Positions 11,317 to 24,543 of a stretch of DNA of 64,000 bases are shown piece by piece. Every line of letters begins with the position of its first letter. Positions within the stretch are counted from its first letter, which is position 1. The stretch is taken from assembly GCA_009103225.1 (NCBI GenBank), contig RHPI01002119.1, positions 62,001-126,000 on the forward strand, read 5' to 3'. Made by a program: the position numbers and the translations under genes. Under the pieces are notes generated by a model that was not told where the DNA came from, did not search any database, and saw only the letters and a list, made by a program, of their open reading frames with translations. This DNA is from Chlorokybus atmophyticus (lineage: Eukaryota > Plantae > Mesostigma and Chlorokybus algae).

Positions 11317-12861
11317 TAGTGGTACAGCAGGTTGCGATGCATGTTGTCATTGTAATGCCTTGCTTTTTTCCTCTGTTTATGTGCGGCATCAGCCCCAAAG
11401 ATCCACTTTTCATGCTCTCAAGCGCGTCAGTGATCATTCATAGCCCTATCAGGCGACGTTGTAGTCAACGACCAGACTGAGGCTGTGAGCAGATGCGACA
11501 GCACATGAGCTGTTCACACTTAGGTTCGGTTGCTGGAGGGTAGGTGGCGCTCATGGGTTAGCTTTTGCTTGTATATGCACACAAAGTGGAGTACATGCTC
11601 AGCTCTAATCCCCTCGCGGGTTATTTGAAGTAATTTTGGTCTGTTGTTCTGATCCGCCGCTGTGCCCCGCTGTGCTAGCATAGAAGAAAGGGAGTTGGTT
11701 GCCTACCTAGGACACCTGCATCCTGTTATGGTATACCTTGAATACAAGTCTGCAACCAGGCTGCAGATATTTGCCCTATGGTATACCTTAACTATCAGTG
11801 TGCAATTAGGTGGCAAATGTTTAGCCTAAGGTAAACCCAAAGTGTCCGATGTGTGTGACATGCAGAGTGTTTGGAAGGGCAATCTGCATCACACGATACG
11901 TAACAACATTACAAGGTACTGCATGTGCAATGAGAACATGCACTTGGCCAGCAGGCAAGAAGGGCTGTCTGCATCACACAGGGGGCCCAGTCAGTTGTCG
12001 TCGTCGTCTTTGTCTTGACCAGCTCCTGAAGCCCAGCCTAACCACCACGCCTCTGCTGTGAAGGTGGTGACCACTACCCTTGCCCTTGCTCTGCCTCTTG
12101 TCGTATGATCAATGTGGTCCTGGTTTAGCGGTAGCTAGCGCTTCTCTGGGCCCCCCTAAAATATGTGTAACTAGTGCCTTGTGCTTGTTGTTGTTGTTAT
12201 GCTGGCTTACCATTGCACATTTTTGCACTCTTAAGCTGTATACAGTACATTAACATTACAAGGTACTGTGAAACCATAACAAACAGAACAAGACAAACGT
12301 CCACTCGGCCAGCAGCATGTTTGCTCTTATACTACATTGTTTATACGTTGTTGTGGTCGTTGTTGCAGTTCTATCTTTGCTATTGCTGGGTACCAAGCGC
12401 ACAAGTTTATTGCATTTGTTGGATTTGTATCGACTTGAGTACAAACGAAAGCCAGGATCACAGCAAGGGCGAGACATCATGGCAGTAAACACATGCACAA
12501 AGGGAGGCAGCGGCAGCAAACAACGATATGCCAGACAAGATTCCCAGCAATCAGTGTTCAAACTTTGCATGCTACTTGCTTCACTACTGTGGCTCCTTTG
12601 GAACCCTTGAGTTTGCTTTACCGCAACTCTACTGCTGGTTATGTTGTCCCTTTGCTAGTGCCAATTACCAATGCATCATGGCAACGCCACGGCGCGCAGA
12701 TGCGTATCGCAATGTCTTCCGGACTTGACACGCAATGTCAAGTACGTACTCAATATATGTCCTCATCTAGTCAATGGTTAAGAAGTTTGTGCAGAAAGAC
12801 GAAATGTAACACACGTCTCCCTGCCGATTGCACAGACACATTGCAGTGCTGTGTGCACAGC

Positions 12862-14439
12862 TCAACCCTCCACCAACTTTGTTCGGTACCTGCAAGAAGG
12901 GAAACATATAGTCATACCATGTAATGCACATTGCCAGGGAATGGTGGCAAACGTAACATACCCAAACGGTGAACTCTTGATGCTCAATAACTCAATATCA
13001 ATCTGCAGAAATAATAGCGTCAGTTGCGCTGGGTTGCCCAACTTGCACAGGACACAGAAAAGTTCACAGCAGCCCTTACATCAAGTGTCGCATCGGGCGG
13101 CAGCTCCTGAAACCCCCTCGTGCCGTAGCCCAGCTCTGGTGGGACTATCAGCCTCCTCTGTTGGGTGACAAAACAATATATAGCCCTACTCTCGGTCAGC
13201 GCTCAGTCACAGTACATGTTGGTGCTCACCTGTCCACCGACTCGCATGCCTTCAACACCTGCACACAACAACGGGTGTAAGAGATACAGACTTGCGCAAA
13301 GTATGAAACAGAAACGGAGGGATCAGTTGCCTGTAGTGGTCCTACCTAAGTCTAGCCCCTTGAGGACAAGGCCGTTCTCGGAGGTGCCCACGTCAAATCC
13401 CAGCAGCTGTCGTCGCAAGCTAGTGACTACATGCAAGGTATGCAACGCACACAACTGGCTGGTTGATACGTATTGACACTTGATGAGGCAAGCTCTTTAC
13501 CGTTCCACCTGTGACGCCCATTCCCTGCCGGCTCGTAGCAAAAGTGACCCCCTTCCATTTGCACACGTAATGCACCTGCGTTGCGACAACTGTGTTTCCA
13601 GCATTGAGAGTTGGACAATACACTGTTATAGCTTGCTGTGCAACCCGTTACAAGCCCTTACCGCGACTCGCGCGCCTTTTTGAGCTTCAGGGCCGCTTCC
13701 CACTTTTGTATCATAGTACCTGGGCAAGAATCGTTAATCTGTACACACTGTGTGTGTCTATATAGCACGACGCAGCTTGAAGTAACACAAATGCACTCAC
13801 TTGAGTCCATTTGGCATTGTCTTGAACTCTGACTCCGACACCTTGCGCTTCTTTCCAAGCTGACAACAAACTTTCCAATCACAATAAAGCGCAACACAAG
13901 TCGTTGCGTCTGCGTTGTGATACTCGTGTTGATTGCAAGCTGTGGGTCATTACTGCTTGCCTCTTTCTGAAAACCAGGCAGCGCTTGAGCCTGACCACCA
14001 AGCGCCAGCGCAGACAAGGCTGAGCAGGAACACTGTTCATGCTGGTGTGAAAGAGAAGCCAAAAATGACAAGAGCAGCAGCAAGACGTAACGCTCATACC
14101 TGGTGCTAATACAGCTGCTGCAAGCACTGCCCTCCGCCCTGCAGCTTCTTCCATGCTACTGTGCGGGACATCCGCTGGCTGGCTGCCCGGCCCAGGCAAC
14201 AACTCTCCCCTCCCATCGCCATGCACACACCTCACAGCCCGGCTGACAGACCTCCCAACCGTATTGGCTGTATGCAAAAACGAAGAGCGAATGTCTTAAA
14301 GCATGCAAGCTGGCAAGCTAGCAAGCAAGCAGCCAGTAAGCAAGGCAGCAAGCAGGCATGTCAGCACAGCTTGCTCACAATGTGCGCGTCGTGCAGAAGG
14401 CAGAGTCAAAGACAGCGCTGTTGCTGCACAGAGCGCCAT
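12862..14439 (-). CDS. FKBP16-4: Thylakoid-lumen FKBP-type PPIase, FKBP16-4 homolog; many short exons
   Basis: Spliced: transit peptide (MALCAAT...VRC), twin-Arg signal (GRRAVLAAA...AQA), then ESEFKTMPNGLKYYDTKVGSG...VHYVCKWKGVTFATSRQGMGVTGG...GFDVG...[29 protein letters not shown]...IDIELLSIKSSPFGYRTKLVEG*. Confidence 0.92.
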
Positions 14440-14649
14440 GGCTGGCTCTCACACCCCTGCTCCTCGGCCGTCGCCGCCGCCGGCAACACGCACAGCTATG
14501 CCCAAAACTTTGCCCAATTTGACGTGAGGGGCATGCGCTGCAGCACTGTCGGCAGTTGCCGCGTCGACACTTGCCTGAGGGTCTACTGTTGCAGTTGTCG
14601 GTGAATGACGTGCTTGTTGTCGGCGTGGGCGGCGGCGGTGGTGAGCGGG

Positions 14650-16459
14650 ATGGAGGTCCCAATCAAGTGGGCCGGGAAGGAGCTGGTGGCCGTCGTGGAA
14701 GGCGACGGCGACGGCGACCTGCTCGTAAGCGACCTCAAGAAGGCCATCGCTATCGCTACGGGCGTCAGCCCAGATCGCCAGAAGGTACAGTACAGCTAGC
14801 AGGATGTTGATGGTGATAGAAAGGATAGAAAGGATGTTGCCTGTAACTGAGTCTTGCTTACGACTTGAAGTCCGCACGTTTACACAACTGTAGTCTGCAC
14901 CATCTGTCTCTGCGTCACCTACATGCGTCACCTACATGGGAGTTGTTACAGCATGATCAACAGCGTGTAGTGTGGTATTGCACCTAAGTAATCTGCTGGG
15001 CCCATGCTATAGTTAGTTCCATCCACATGTCATCCAGCATTGTCCATACACTTACTGGCTGAACTGACAGTGCGTCGTTGATGGTTGCCTTCAGTGCTCA
15101 ACTTCACAGCTGAGCACACTATCTGTTGTGTGGCTGTATGTCTTACACTATGAACAGTAAGACAGCCACAATACACAACAGGCACAGTGTGCCTGTGATC
15201 TACTGTGCCAGTAACCATGTCGTACTGCAATTGTATTGTCTTGTAAACGTTGCACTCAACATGATCATGTTGTCATGTCATCCAGCTGTTGAATGCAAAG
15301 CTCGCTGCTGGCGGTAAGCCCGCCCCCGACGACGCTCTGTTGTCGGACTTGGCGCCGTTCAAGCCCGGCGGCAAGGTAAGCGTGCTCGGGACGGCCGGAG
15401 GAGGCGAGGACGCCGCGCTGGTGGAGACGCCCCCCGACGACGCGCCGCAGGTCATTGATGACTTCGATATTGACGTCGATCAGGACGCAGCTGCAGCCAT
15501 CGCCAAACTAAGGCAGAACGAAGCCAAGCTCACCAAGAGGATTGAGTCTCTCAAGGTAGAGGGAGCTCTTGTGTGTTATTTCGCTACTCGTGTGGTCGCT
15601 AAATGACGGGAGCGACCTGATCTTGCAGTCTCATTACCGCACGCACTTGCAAACACTCATGCACACAGGCGCACAAGCACGCGTGCGCGTGCGTGTTTGA
15701 ATAAGATGCACACATTGTGCACACTTCTGAGGGCCAAGAGCCATCCACATCCAACACACGCATGGGTTTGTGCGAGTGCACATCCTTCTGACATTTGCCA
15801 GTGCTGCTGCAGCTGAAGGAGTTGAATCCGCCGCGCCCGGGCAGGAAGCTGCTTGTGCTCGACATCGACTACACACTGTTTGACCACCGCTCACCCGCAG
15901 AGCGCGCCATCGAACTTCAAAGACCATGTAAGCACACATGTGTTGTTAACGGTCAACAACATGACAGACTCTTCTTACCACAGACTTGCACGAGTTTTTG
16001 GCGCAAAGCTACCAACATTATGATATCATCATCTGGTCTGCGACGAGCATGCGTTGGATCGAGCTGAAGATGGGCGAGCTCGGCGTGTTGTCTCACCCTC
16101 TTTACCGCGTGGTCACGCTGCTGGACCACTCGGCGATGATCACGGTGCACTCGGACCAGTACGGCGTGTTCGACTGCAAACCGTTGCAAGTCATATGGGC
16201 CAAGTTTCCTGATATCTATCACGCGGGCAACACGATCATGTTCGATGACCTCCGGCGCAACTTCATCATGAACCCGCAGAATGGTCTCAAGATAAGGCCT
16301 TTTCGGCACGCCCACCTCGCGCGTGCGACGGATAACGAGTTGTTTTATCTGGCACAGTACCTACAGGACATAGCCTCAATGGACAGCATTGCTCAACTTG
16401 ACCACAGCCGATGGGAGCAGCGGATACGGCGGGACAAGTCCACGCAGCCAGGATCTTAA
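14650..16459 (+). CDS. UBLCP1: Ubiquitin-like domain-containing CTD phosphatase 1
   Basis: N-terminal Ubl (IKWAGKE...LKKAIAIATGVSPDRQK) followed by a HAD/FCP1 phosphatase domain (KLLVLDIDYTLFDH, IWSATSMRWI, NTIMFDDLRRNFIMNPQNGLKIRPF). Confidence 0.95.
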
Positions 16460-16922
16460 ATGGGATTGAGAACGATTCATTTGCTGCTGCAAGATTGTAG
16501 TATAATGTGCCTGGACAGCATGACATACCATAACTCCAGGGCGTAGTCAGTTGACATGATCTCTCAGAGTTTGCTTTACCGCAACTCTTGTGTTGTGCTG
16601 ATGGCGCAGAATGTACAGTGGATTGATTGCTTGTGTGCCTGCTGCTGCGCAAAGTAGTGCAATAGCAAATCCGCAAAAGCAGGTTGTTCTTTTTTGAACT
16701 TCGAAAGCAAGTTGTTCACTAAACCAACAACAAAGAATGTACAACAGTTGCAAACTTGTGAGCAATTGTTCTGCTAGCAACATTGCAATAGAAGAACGAA
16801 TACCACCAATGGTCAACACCACCACGACACTCTCTGCTAATAGCCACATATCTCTATAGTTGAGTTCTCTCACCTCGCAACAATCAAAGCCATCAATGCA
16901 CTCAACTCCACTCGTAAGCGCA

Positions 16923-18692
16923 CTATTTCCTTGCCAGCGACACCTCGCGCCCGTAACTGCGGTAGTCTTCCAGCAACCGCCTGTTGGCATTCTCCCTCAA
17001 TGACTCCAAGATCCTGGACGTCACCTGCGTGTGTAACAACAGCTTTGGGGTCAGAACCCTGTGATGCGAGTTACAACATAAACAAAATGGCTGCAAAGGC
17101 CCGATGCGATCAAATGAAGAGGAATGTGATTTTGGTATACAATACCCAATCATCGATGTCGCAGCGCCATGAATAAACAAATCTTTGCACGCATGCTTTT
17201 AGCGCTACTACTGCACTGACCTAAACTGTGTCCTCCAACAATGTGTGCACTGACCAGTATGTATCACTCTTACCGCTCTGCCAGCAGCTTCAACCAGCGG
17301 CCTGGGCGTCAACCACAGCGCCGCGGGTGTCATGAACGACACGTCCAGCGTCATGCTGCCCAACAGATGTGTCACACTCCTCGAGTCTGTCTCAGCAGCA
17401 ACCTGTGTAAGACAGATATCATCATGTAAGTGTGAGTAAATATGTACGTTCTGTACTAAGATGAAATGAGTATCAGCACCTGCCCGTGGACATCGAGATC
17501 GAAATCGGCGTCGCGCATCGCTTGCTCGAAGCCTTTGAGAGTGCAGTTGAGAGACTGCAGCCTCACCACAGGGGATGTGGAGGACTCGCCCTGCTGCTGC
17601 TGCTCCTCCTCCACCCATATCCTCATATCAACCTGACAACACCCTCATTTGCCACTCATGCAGCATACTTCCAAGGGATAATGCTAGTATGGTATCTACC
17701 ATTGTATGATGTTGAATGCAGTACGGTGAAAGTGTTCACAGCTAAATGGTGTGCTTGCGGGCGCACACGCGCGTGTCCGTCTGTGTGTGCGTGTATGTGC
17801 GTGTACACTTGTGTGCGCGCTCGTGTATACGAGTGCTTGTGCATGTATGAGTGCGTGTGCGCGCGCACGAGCGCTTGTACTGTGCTGTTCAGTTACAAAA
17901 ATTCTCAACTGGTATCCAATCAGCAGGAAAACAAACACTCAACACAATCAATAAATCAATAGTAAGATCCTCAAAGACTACACGTGCTGCTTGCTCTCAT
18001 CACGTAACTGAGCAAAACCGCTCGCAAGTCTCTAACGAACTTTTTGTACTGGTTGGCAGGATTGAATGCAGTTGAATGTTTTTACGATTCCCAAGAATGT
18101 TTCGCTAGTGGCGAGATGACCATTGCAGAAACAGCAAGGAATATATTTCTTTTGGGTGGGGTCATGAGTTGTGTGCGTGTGTGTGAATAGCAGCAGTACC
18201 TCCGGTCGAACTTTGAAGAAGAAGAACTCCTGTTCCAGCATTGTGACCCTCCACACGTCATTACCTATCCTGGCGGACCTGCTACGGTCCGGAAACAGCG
18301 CATAGAACAGCCTGTCTGGGGCCCTGAGGTAGGTAGTGATGGGGACCTGGGAACCCAAAGCATCAGAGCAAGTTGTGTACCCAAAGTTGTTGACTCAGTC
18401 AGTTGATGGATAATATTAGTCTGTTGTTTTTTTTTTATCTGTTGCTTACGGGCTCTCTTAGGACTGGGATGTCCGTTGTAACTCCGGTCCTTATTCGGAT
18501 CCGATCTGAGGAATCTCCGGCCTGCGACCTAACGCCGCCGCCGCCGCCGCCCAGGCCGGCGGCCCCGCAGCAGACCCCTCGCCCCCCCTTGCGCCGCCGC
18601 TGCTGCTGCCGCCGCTGCGACGGTGACGTGGAACACAGCGTCACAGACGTCGACAGCGGCGAGGAGCAGCAAGCCGCCGCCGCCGCCGCCAT
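16923..18692 (-). CDS. DUF1997-family protein with a plastid transit peptide, multi-exon
   Basis: Spliced: PITTYLRAPDRLFYALFPD...FFFFKVRPEV|VDMRIW...VRLQSLNCTLKG...FDLDVHGQ|...LDVSFMTPAALWLTPRPLVEAAG|...ILESLRENANRRLLEDYRSY. This fits the cyanobacterial/plastid DUF1997 pattern as I remember it. Confidence 0.7.
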
Positions 18693-18944
18693 GACGCCGC
18701 AGATGTACACGTAGACCGCCACGTCGGCGGCCTCATCCCCCTGGTCCGAGGTTTAATGGTGAACGGCAATTAACCAACTGTTGAAACAGATATGTTGTTA
18801 CCGTTATACAAGATACCCGTCAACTAGACAGTAACGGCAAATGTAGCCATTTTTGCAACCTGTCGTTTAATGTAGCAGATTGACAGCATGCAAGTGTAGA
18901 GGAAAAAATATTCTCTCGCTGCGGCGGCGGCGGTGGCGGCGGCG

Positions 18945-20359
18945 ATGGCGGTGAAGCGGTGGTTCAGGAAGCTTCTCGTGAAGGCTGGTCTGACTCGCAT
19001 CCGTGCTAGCGTGCTCCTTGTGGGCCTGGACAACGGCGGCAAGTCCACCATTGTCGCCAGGATCCGTCCCGCCGCCCCTGCCAAGGCCCCCGTCACCACC
19101 ACCAACATGCTGGACGGCGGCGGCGGCGGTGGTGATGTCAATGGCCATGTCGTTCCTTCCGTTCCTCCCACCGTGGCGCCCACCGTGGGCTTCGCCGTGG
19201 AGAAGTTTGCGCTGGGAAAGTTCCGCCTCACCGTCATGGACATGTCAGGACAGCAGATGTACCTACAGCTGTGGCAATGCTACTACGCTGATGTCCAGGT
19301 ACAGATAACTTTGTGCTTCACCACCATGTTGATGATGCTGGTAATGCTGGACGTCCTAAATTGTCCCAACAGCCAATGCTGCCGTAGTTTTTATTGCGTG
19401 GACTATCAGTTGTTTGTTGTTCCTGATGGACGGACTTCAAGATCGAACAACACAACCAGCACCATCGCTGAAATTGTCGTCGTTGTTGTCGTTGTTGGTG
19501 GTGGTGGTGTCGTTGTCATTGTCATTGTCAGCAGTGTCATGGTGCAGTGTGTTCAGCACCTGTGGCATATCAATGGATGCGTCCATGCTTAATCAGTTCC
19601 TGGTGATGCTGATCATTGTCAATGCAACCAGCAACGGGACGTGCGAAGCTGTCATGGTCACGCAACATCAGCCAAAGGCGTTATTTCACTTTTATCCATT
19701 CATGGGTTCAGCTGTTGGTTTTACTCCATTGTTCTACAGGCTGTGATATTTGTTGTGGATGCAACGGACAAGTCAAGATTCTTTGAAGCAAAGGCACTGC
19801 TGCATTCAGTGATCTCCCATCCAGGTGGGTTGTTCAATTTGACAATGTGGAGTACTGCACATGAATGCACTGGGTAGCGGTTGATAGGAATGCAGGCAAG
19901 TAGAAATCAATATTTTTCTATGCGCGTGCAGATGTTGGCGGCATCCCGCTTCTGGTCATTGCAAACAAAATGGACCTGGTGCACGCTACTCCTGCTGCGC
20001 AGGTGAAAGCAGTCCTCATGCATGTGCATGTTCGCAGCCGTATGTGTTTGCCATATTGGCATCAGGCAAGAGCCCACGGTTGCTCATGCATGCCTTGAAC
20101 AACTTTGTGCTACAGGTGCAAGAAGCCCTTGAGTTGCACAAGATTACCGACCGCGAGTGGCATCTAAGGTGAGTTGCAGGTTCTGATGTTCTATCTCTGA
20201 GTCTCAGGTGAAGGTGGTAGTTGTCGATGACATCAATGTGGTGCATGCATGGCCTGACTGAGAGGACACTTGTGTGTTGTGTGCAGTGCTGCGAGCGCGC
20301 TCACCGGCCAGGGCTTGGAAGAGGGGTTGCAGTGGGTGTTGAAACGCATCCGTTTGTAG
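18945..20359 (+). CDS. ARL6: ARF-like small GTPase of the ARL6/BBS3 type, 5 exons
   Basis: G1 GLDNGGKS, G2 APTVGF, G3 DMSGQ (the ARL6 signature), IFVVDATD, G4 ANKMD and G5 SALTGQGLEEGLQW. Confidence 0.8.
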
Positions 20360-22249
20360 GCGGCAATGGTGATGGTAGCGGCGGCAACAACTACTATGCA
20401 TGCTGCCCCTATCTCCTGTGAGTAGACATTTCGTTGCCAACACACACAACTTCCTACAATGTCAATCCCTAGTTGACCTGCTGAAGTTGGTGGGTTTGCC
20501 CTGGCAGTGCCAATAAGGAAGAGAGAGGGACTACAAGGATGAGCAATCAGCAGGGGTGTGCGGGGCACGAAGGGTATGTTACTCACCTATAGCACCAGTG
20601 TCTCGGTAAGAGATACTGATTTTTGTGTTCTGCTTGTGTTTCATGTGTATCTATCTGTTTGTGCATCCAGGCTGCATATGAGGTTGGGTGCTGACACATT
20701 GGTTGCAGTATAGCGCAATGTAAACCCAGGCTGATGCGCTCCAAGCTTTTTCCCAACTCGCTGATCTGGTGTGTGTCTGCACTTGACGTGCACATCTTGC
20801 CGTCAGCTTGCTGCTTAGCCTGGCAAAAACACTACCGACCACGTTGTTGCAATACCCAGGTACACTTCTAGATGATGGACTCAAGACTTCTTTCATTATC
20901 ACATGGGAGCAGCTGCGGCTGAGAGATGCCTTCTGGCAACGACTGCACATCTGTTCATGTATGATTGTGTCAACATGTGATTGTGACAGTATGAGTGGGC
21001 AACCCGCACGCTTTGCGCTGTGTATGTCAACGTGCTTATGTTGGACACTTGTGTAGACCATATGGGCACTGTTGTGCCTCAACAGAAGAGTTCAAGCAAG
21101 TTCAAGGCTACTTGTAACACTGAAGGTGATTTGTTTGTGTATACTGTAGCTGAATTGAACACAGACAACACTTGCTCTGAATAACCGTGTGTAGGCCAGG
21201 ACCATGATAGCATTCACAGCAAGTCTCATGCATGGCCATCAGCCATCAGTTGGCGCTTGTTCCCTTCAGATGGCGCTTGTTGTCACTGCTGTGAGCCGCA
21301 ATTGAGTGGTTGTGACTTGCATGTGCGTGTTGGTGTAATGTTTATGCCAATTGACTTGCAGATTGAAATACACCCAAGGCAACAAACATGATGATGTGTG
21401 GCAGGCATGCCCAAGCTACAACCCTTTCACCTTTGCCGAAACACTTCACCACGATGGGCGCGCCCACACCCGCGGACATGCGAATGCACCCACGCGCTCA
21501 TGCGACATCAACTTGCATGCAGACATGCAGCGCGAGTACCGTACACAAAGCAATCCAACAGCTCTCTGTTAGTGTACGTCAAGAATGGACAAACACAAGC
21601 GCAGCCTACGTGTCCATACCCTACACGACAGCAGCCCTGCATGCGCTAGTCTTACTGTTGCGTGTGAACTTGCTGTTGGCTGCCCATGCAGTATGACTCA
21701 GTGTTGCCTATGCGTAGGCACTGACCTGGCAATCAGCATGCAACGTATTTGTCATCGCATGCAACCAAGCAGGGACACACCACACCACAACGCAACACAG
21801 ACAGCAAGCCAATGTCAATGCAGGTCATGACGCACAACTACAATATGCCGTATGCCTGATTGATTGTGCAACAGGGTTGGCGGGAGAGGTCCTGAATAGC
21901 AAGTGGAACCAACCTGCATGTGCCCATGCGTGCGCTGATATAGGCATTCTCATGTCACCTTCAATATGTTGTCTGTTGGAACAAATTGCTATGCTGCTCA
22001 TGTACAGTAAACTGAACTTCGTGTGTCCTTGTGGTTGGTTGTCAGCAATGTGTGGCATGATGTTTCCGCACTCCGCACTCACAGCTTAAACTGCACTGAC
22101 TCGGCATCAACAATGGAGATCAATAATGCAGCTCTGAAAGTTGCTCTCAACCTCTTCCCCTAGCTTTGAAACTCCCGCATGCAAATTCTTCACAACATAG
22201 CTTGTAGTGGATTCCTTGTTTGGCTGTTTGTGTTGAGCCGTCAATCGAC

Positions 22250-24430
22250 GACGATTTATTACACGGGCACAAACAGCATGGGTCCAAGAATCATCAACAT
22301 ACCACTACTAGGTATAGGTACAGTAAATCTGCCTGCTACACCAAGCCAGATAAAGTCATGCCCGCCACATCGCCTAACCCCGTATCGCGAGCTGGCCTAG
22401 CGTCTCGTGATGGGGCTGCCCGCACAGCACCCGCCGCCAAAGCCAAGATAGCGGATGCCTTAGAACGCTGCAGGACAACGAAAACATGCTGGCGAAACTG
22501 CGCGACCAACCGCTGGATGAAGTGACTCTCCAACTCGCGTGCGTCAGCCACTCGTCGAGCGCACAAGGACAGCAGCTCGACAACCAGTGCTCCTAGCCAT
22601 AAGTCTCAATGGCTAAGGGGATGAAGGTTTCGGAATCGGCGTGGTCGTGGTACTTGGCCTTCTTCTCGCGCTCCGCTGCCATTACCCCCGCACCCGGACG
22701 TGGCTGGCAGGCCGTAACTGTCACGTCCAACAACATGCGAATGTCGCTGCCTGACTCGCAAGCCACAATGTCCATATGCCTCCCCTGCTGCTCGTGCTCC
22801 AATAGTGGCCATCCACCTGTCACCTCACATCTCACGATGCAACCCGCCTCCCATAAGATCATAGCGAAAGTGTCGCGAAGAGCGTCGTGAGTAGCTATGC
22901 AATGCCCGTCCCGCATGCACATAGACAAGTGAGCATCCCTCGCACCCAGCAGCCGATGACAACAGGCGCAGATCGGAATGTGCGCCAGCAGAGGGTGTGG
23001 TAAGGCCAAGAGGTGATGCACTGCAGTGCAATACTGAGAAGCGGACATGCGCAGTCGTCCCGAACAGGGATTGCCAAACAACCAAGCACCTGCACCAATG
23101 CCCGCTGCCGACTGCAGCCGGTGCACGTTGCCGTGGCTGCTGGCTAAGATGAACGACGCTCGTGTACTAGCGTCGATGTATGAAGTCAGGTTCTGCTGAA
23201 GATGTCTACTTTGTGAGGTCGTCAACGCCGCAAACGCTGTCTGCTAAAAATGAAGCGGTGGTAATAAGGATGTAGCGAGGCGAAGGTCGCGATGGATAGA
23301 CAAGTCTCCCACAGTAACACATCGTCAATAGCAGCCCTTAAACGGTCGTCATCACGCACAACCGCCAAGCGACCGACGCATCACATTAGCCACCAACCTC
23401 AGCCTCTGATGAACGCCGCCGGTGCAACAGCAGCTGCACGCCGAAGTCCCACACCGCCCAAGGTCATGGGCAACGATACCTGAAGCGGTGCACTCTCGAA
23501 CACATCGAGCTGGGCTGGCGCGTGCATCAACGTCAAGAAAGCGTTGCAGATATTGGTTAAAATTTGGGCAACTAAGCACTGAAAGCCTCAATGAGAGCCA
23601 CCGTGCGCATCAGGTACGAGGGGCGTGCGGCAACACAACGTGTCAAAACCAATGAGGCCACCTGTGTGTCACGCATGCGGAGCAGCGCTGAAACGACAGC
23701 TGTCGCGTCGGATAATGTGTGCTGACAAATTTCCACAACTGAAGATGGTGACCCTACACGTTCGCCCATTGGATGAAAGCCATCAGACTCCTCGCGCACT
23801 GTCGATGGGCACACGCTCGGAATCGCCGACTCATTAAAAAGCACTGACTTGTCCCACCGCACCATCAGACCAATAGCAGTCAGTGCAGCGCACACAGCCT
23901 TCGCCGTTTTAGCCACGTTAGATGCGGGCCCCATTCAAAAGCTGTCATCCGCATACATCGGCATCGCTATAGTGGGGAAGCAAGTGATGGTCCGAGTCAC
24001 AACATCAGTGTGTACGAGCGCATACAACAACCTTGCCAGTAGACTCCCCTATCAAGTGCCAGTGCACGAAGCAATGCGCTCAAGACCTGTCCCCTTACAA
24101 TGAAATACTGTCGTTGGGGAACTGTAGCACTGCCTCAGGAATTGGATGAGATGCGCAAATGGATTCTTACGCAGCAGCTCGAACATAGCCGTCCGGTCAA
24201 CCGTGTTAGATGCATTAACAACGTCAAGTTGAATGACCACATGATCTGGATGCGCTCGCGGATAGGTGCGAACGCTTTAGGCCACGATCTTAGAGCCACC
24301 CTTGGTTGCCACGCCAAACTGCCATGACTCAAAGTGGGTTCAAGCCACATCACGAAGCAGCAGCAGACAACGAACGCCCCGCCCGTCTCTGCAAGTGTCA
24401 CCGATGGCAATGCCATGCGCCCAGCACTGT
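22250..24430 (-). mobile_element. 5'-truncated, decayed CRE-like non-LTR retrotransposon (RT plus restriction-like endonuclease)
   Basis: RT remnants (IAIGD, WQFGVATKGG, HVVIQLDVVNA, MYADD) are followed by GAGAWL, a zinc motif (CMRDGHCIATHDALRD), RHMDI...LLDVTV, EREKKAKY, FIPLAIETYG and LQRS. Many stops and frameshifts; ends are approximate. Confidence 0.85.
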
Positions 24431-24543
24431 GACCATCCAGGAATGACTGATGATCCGTCAATCACAAGCTAGCGTAGCGTAGCGTCGTTGTAGAGTCGTT
24501 CGCACCACAAGCATCGTCGTCGGTGTCGGCGGCGGTGTGATCC

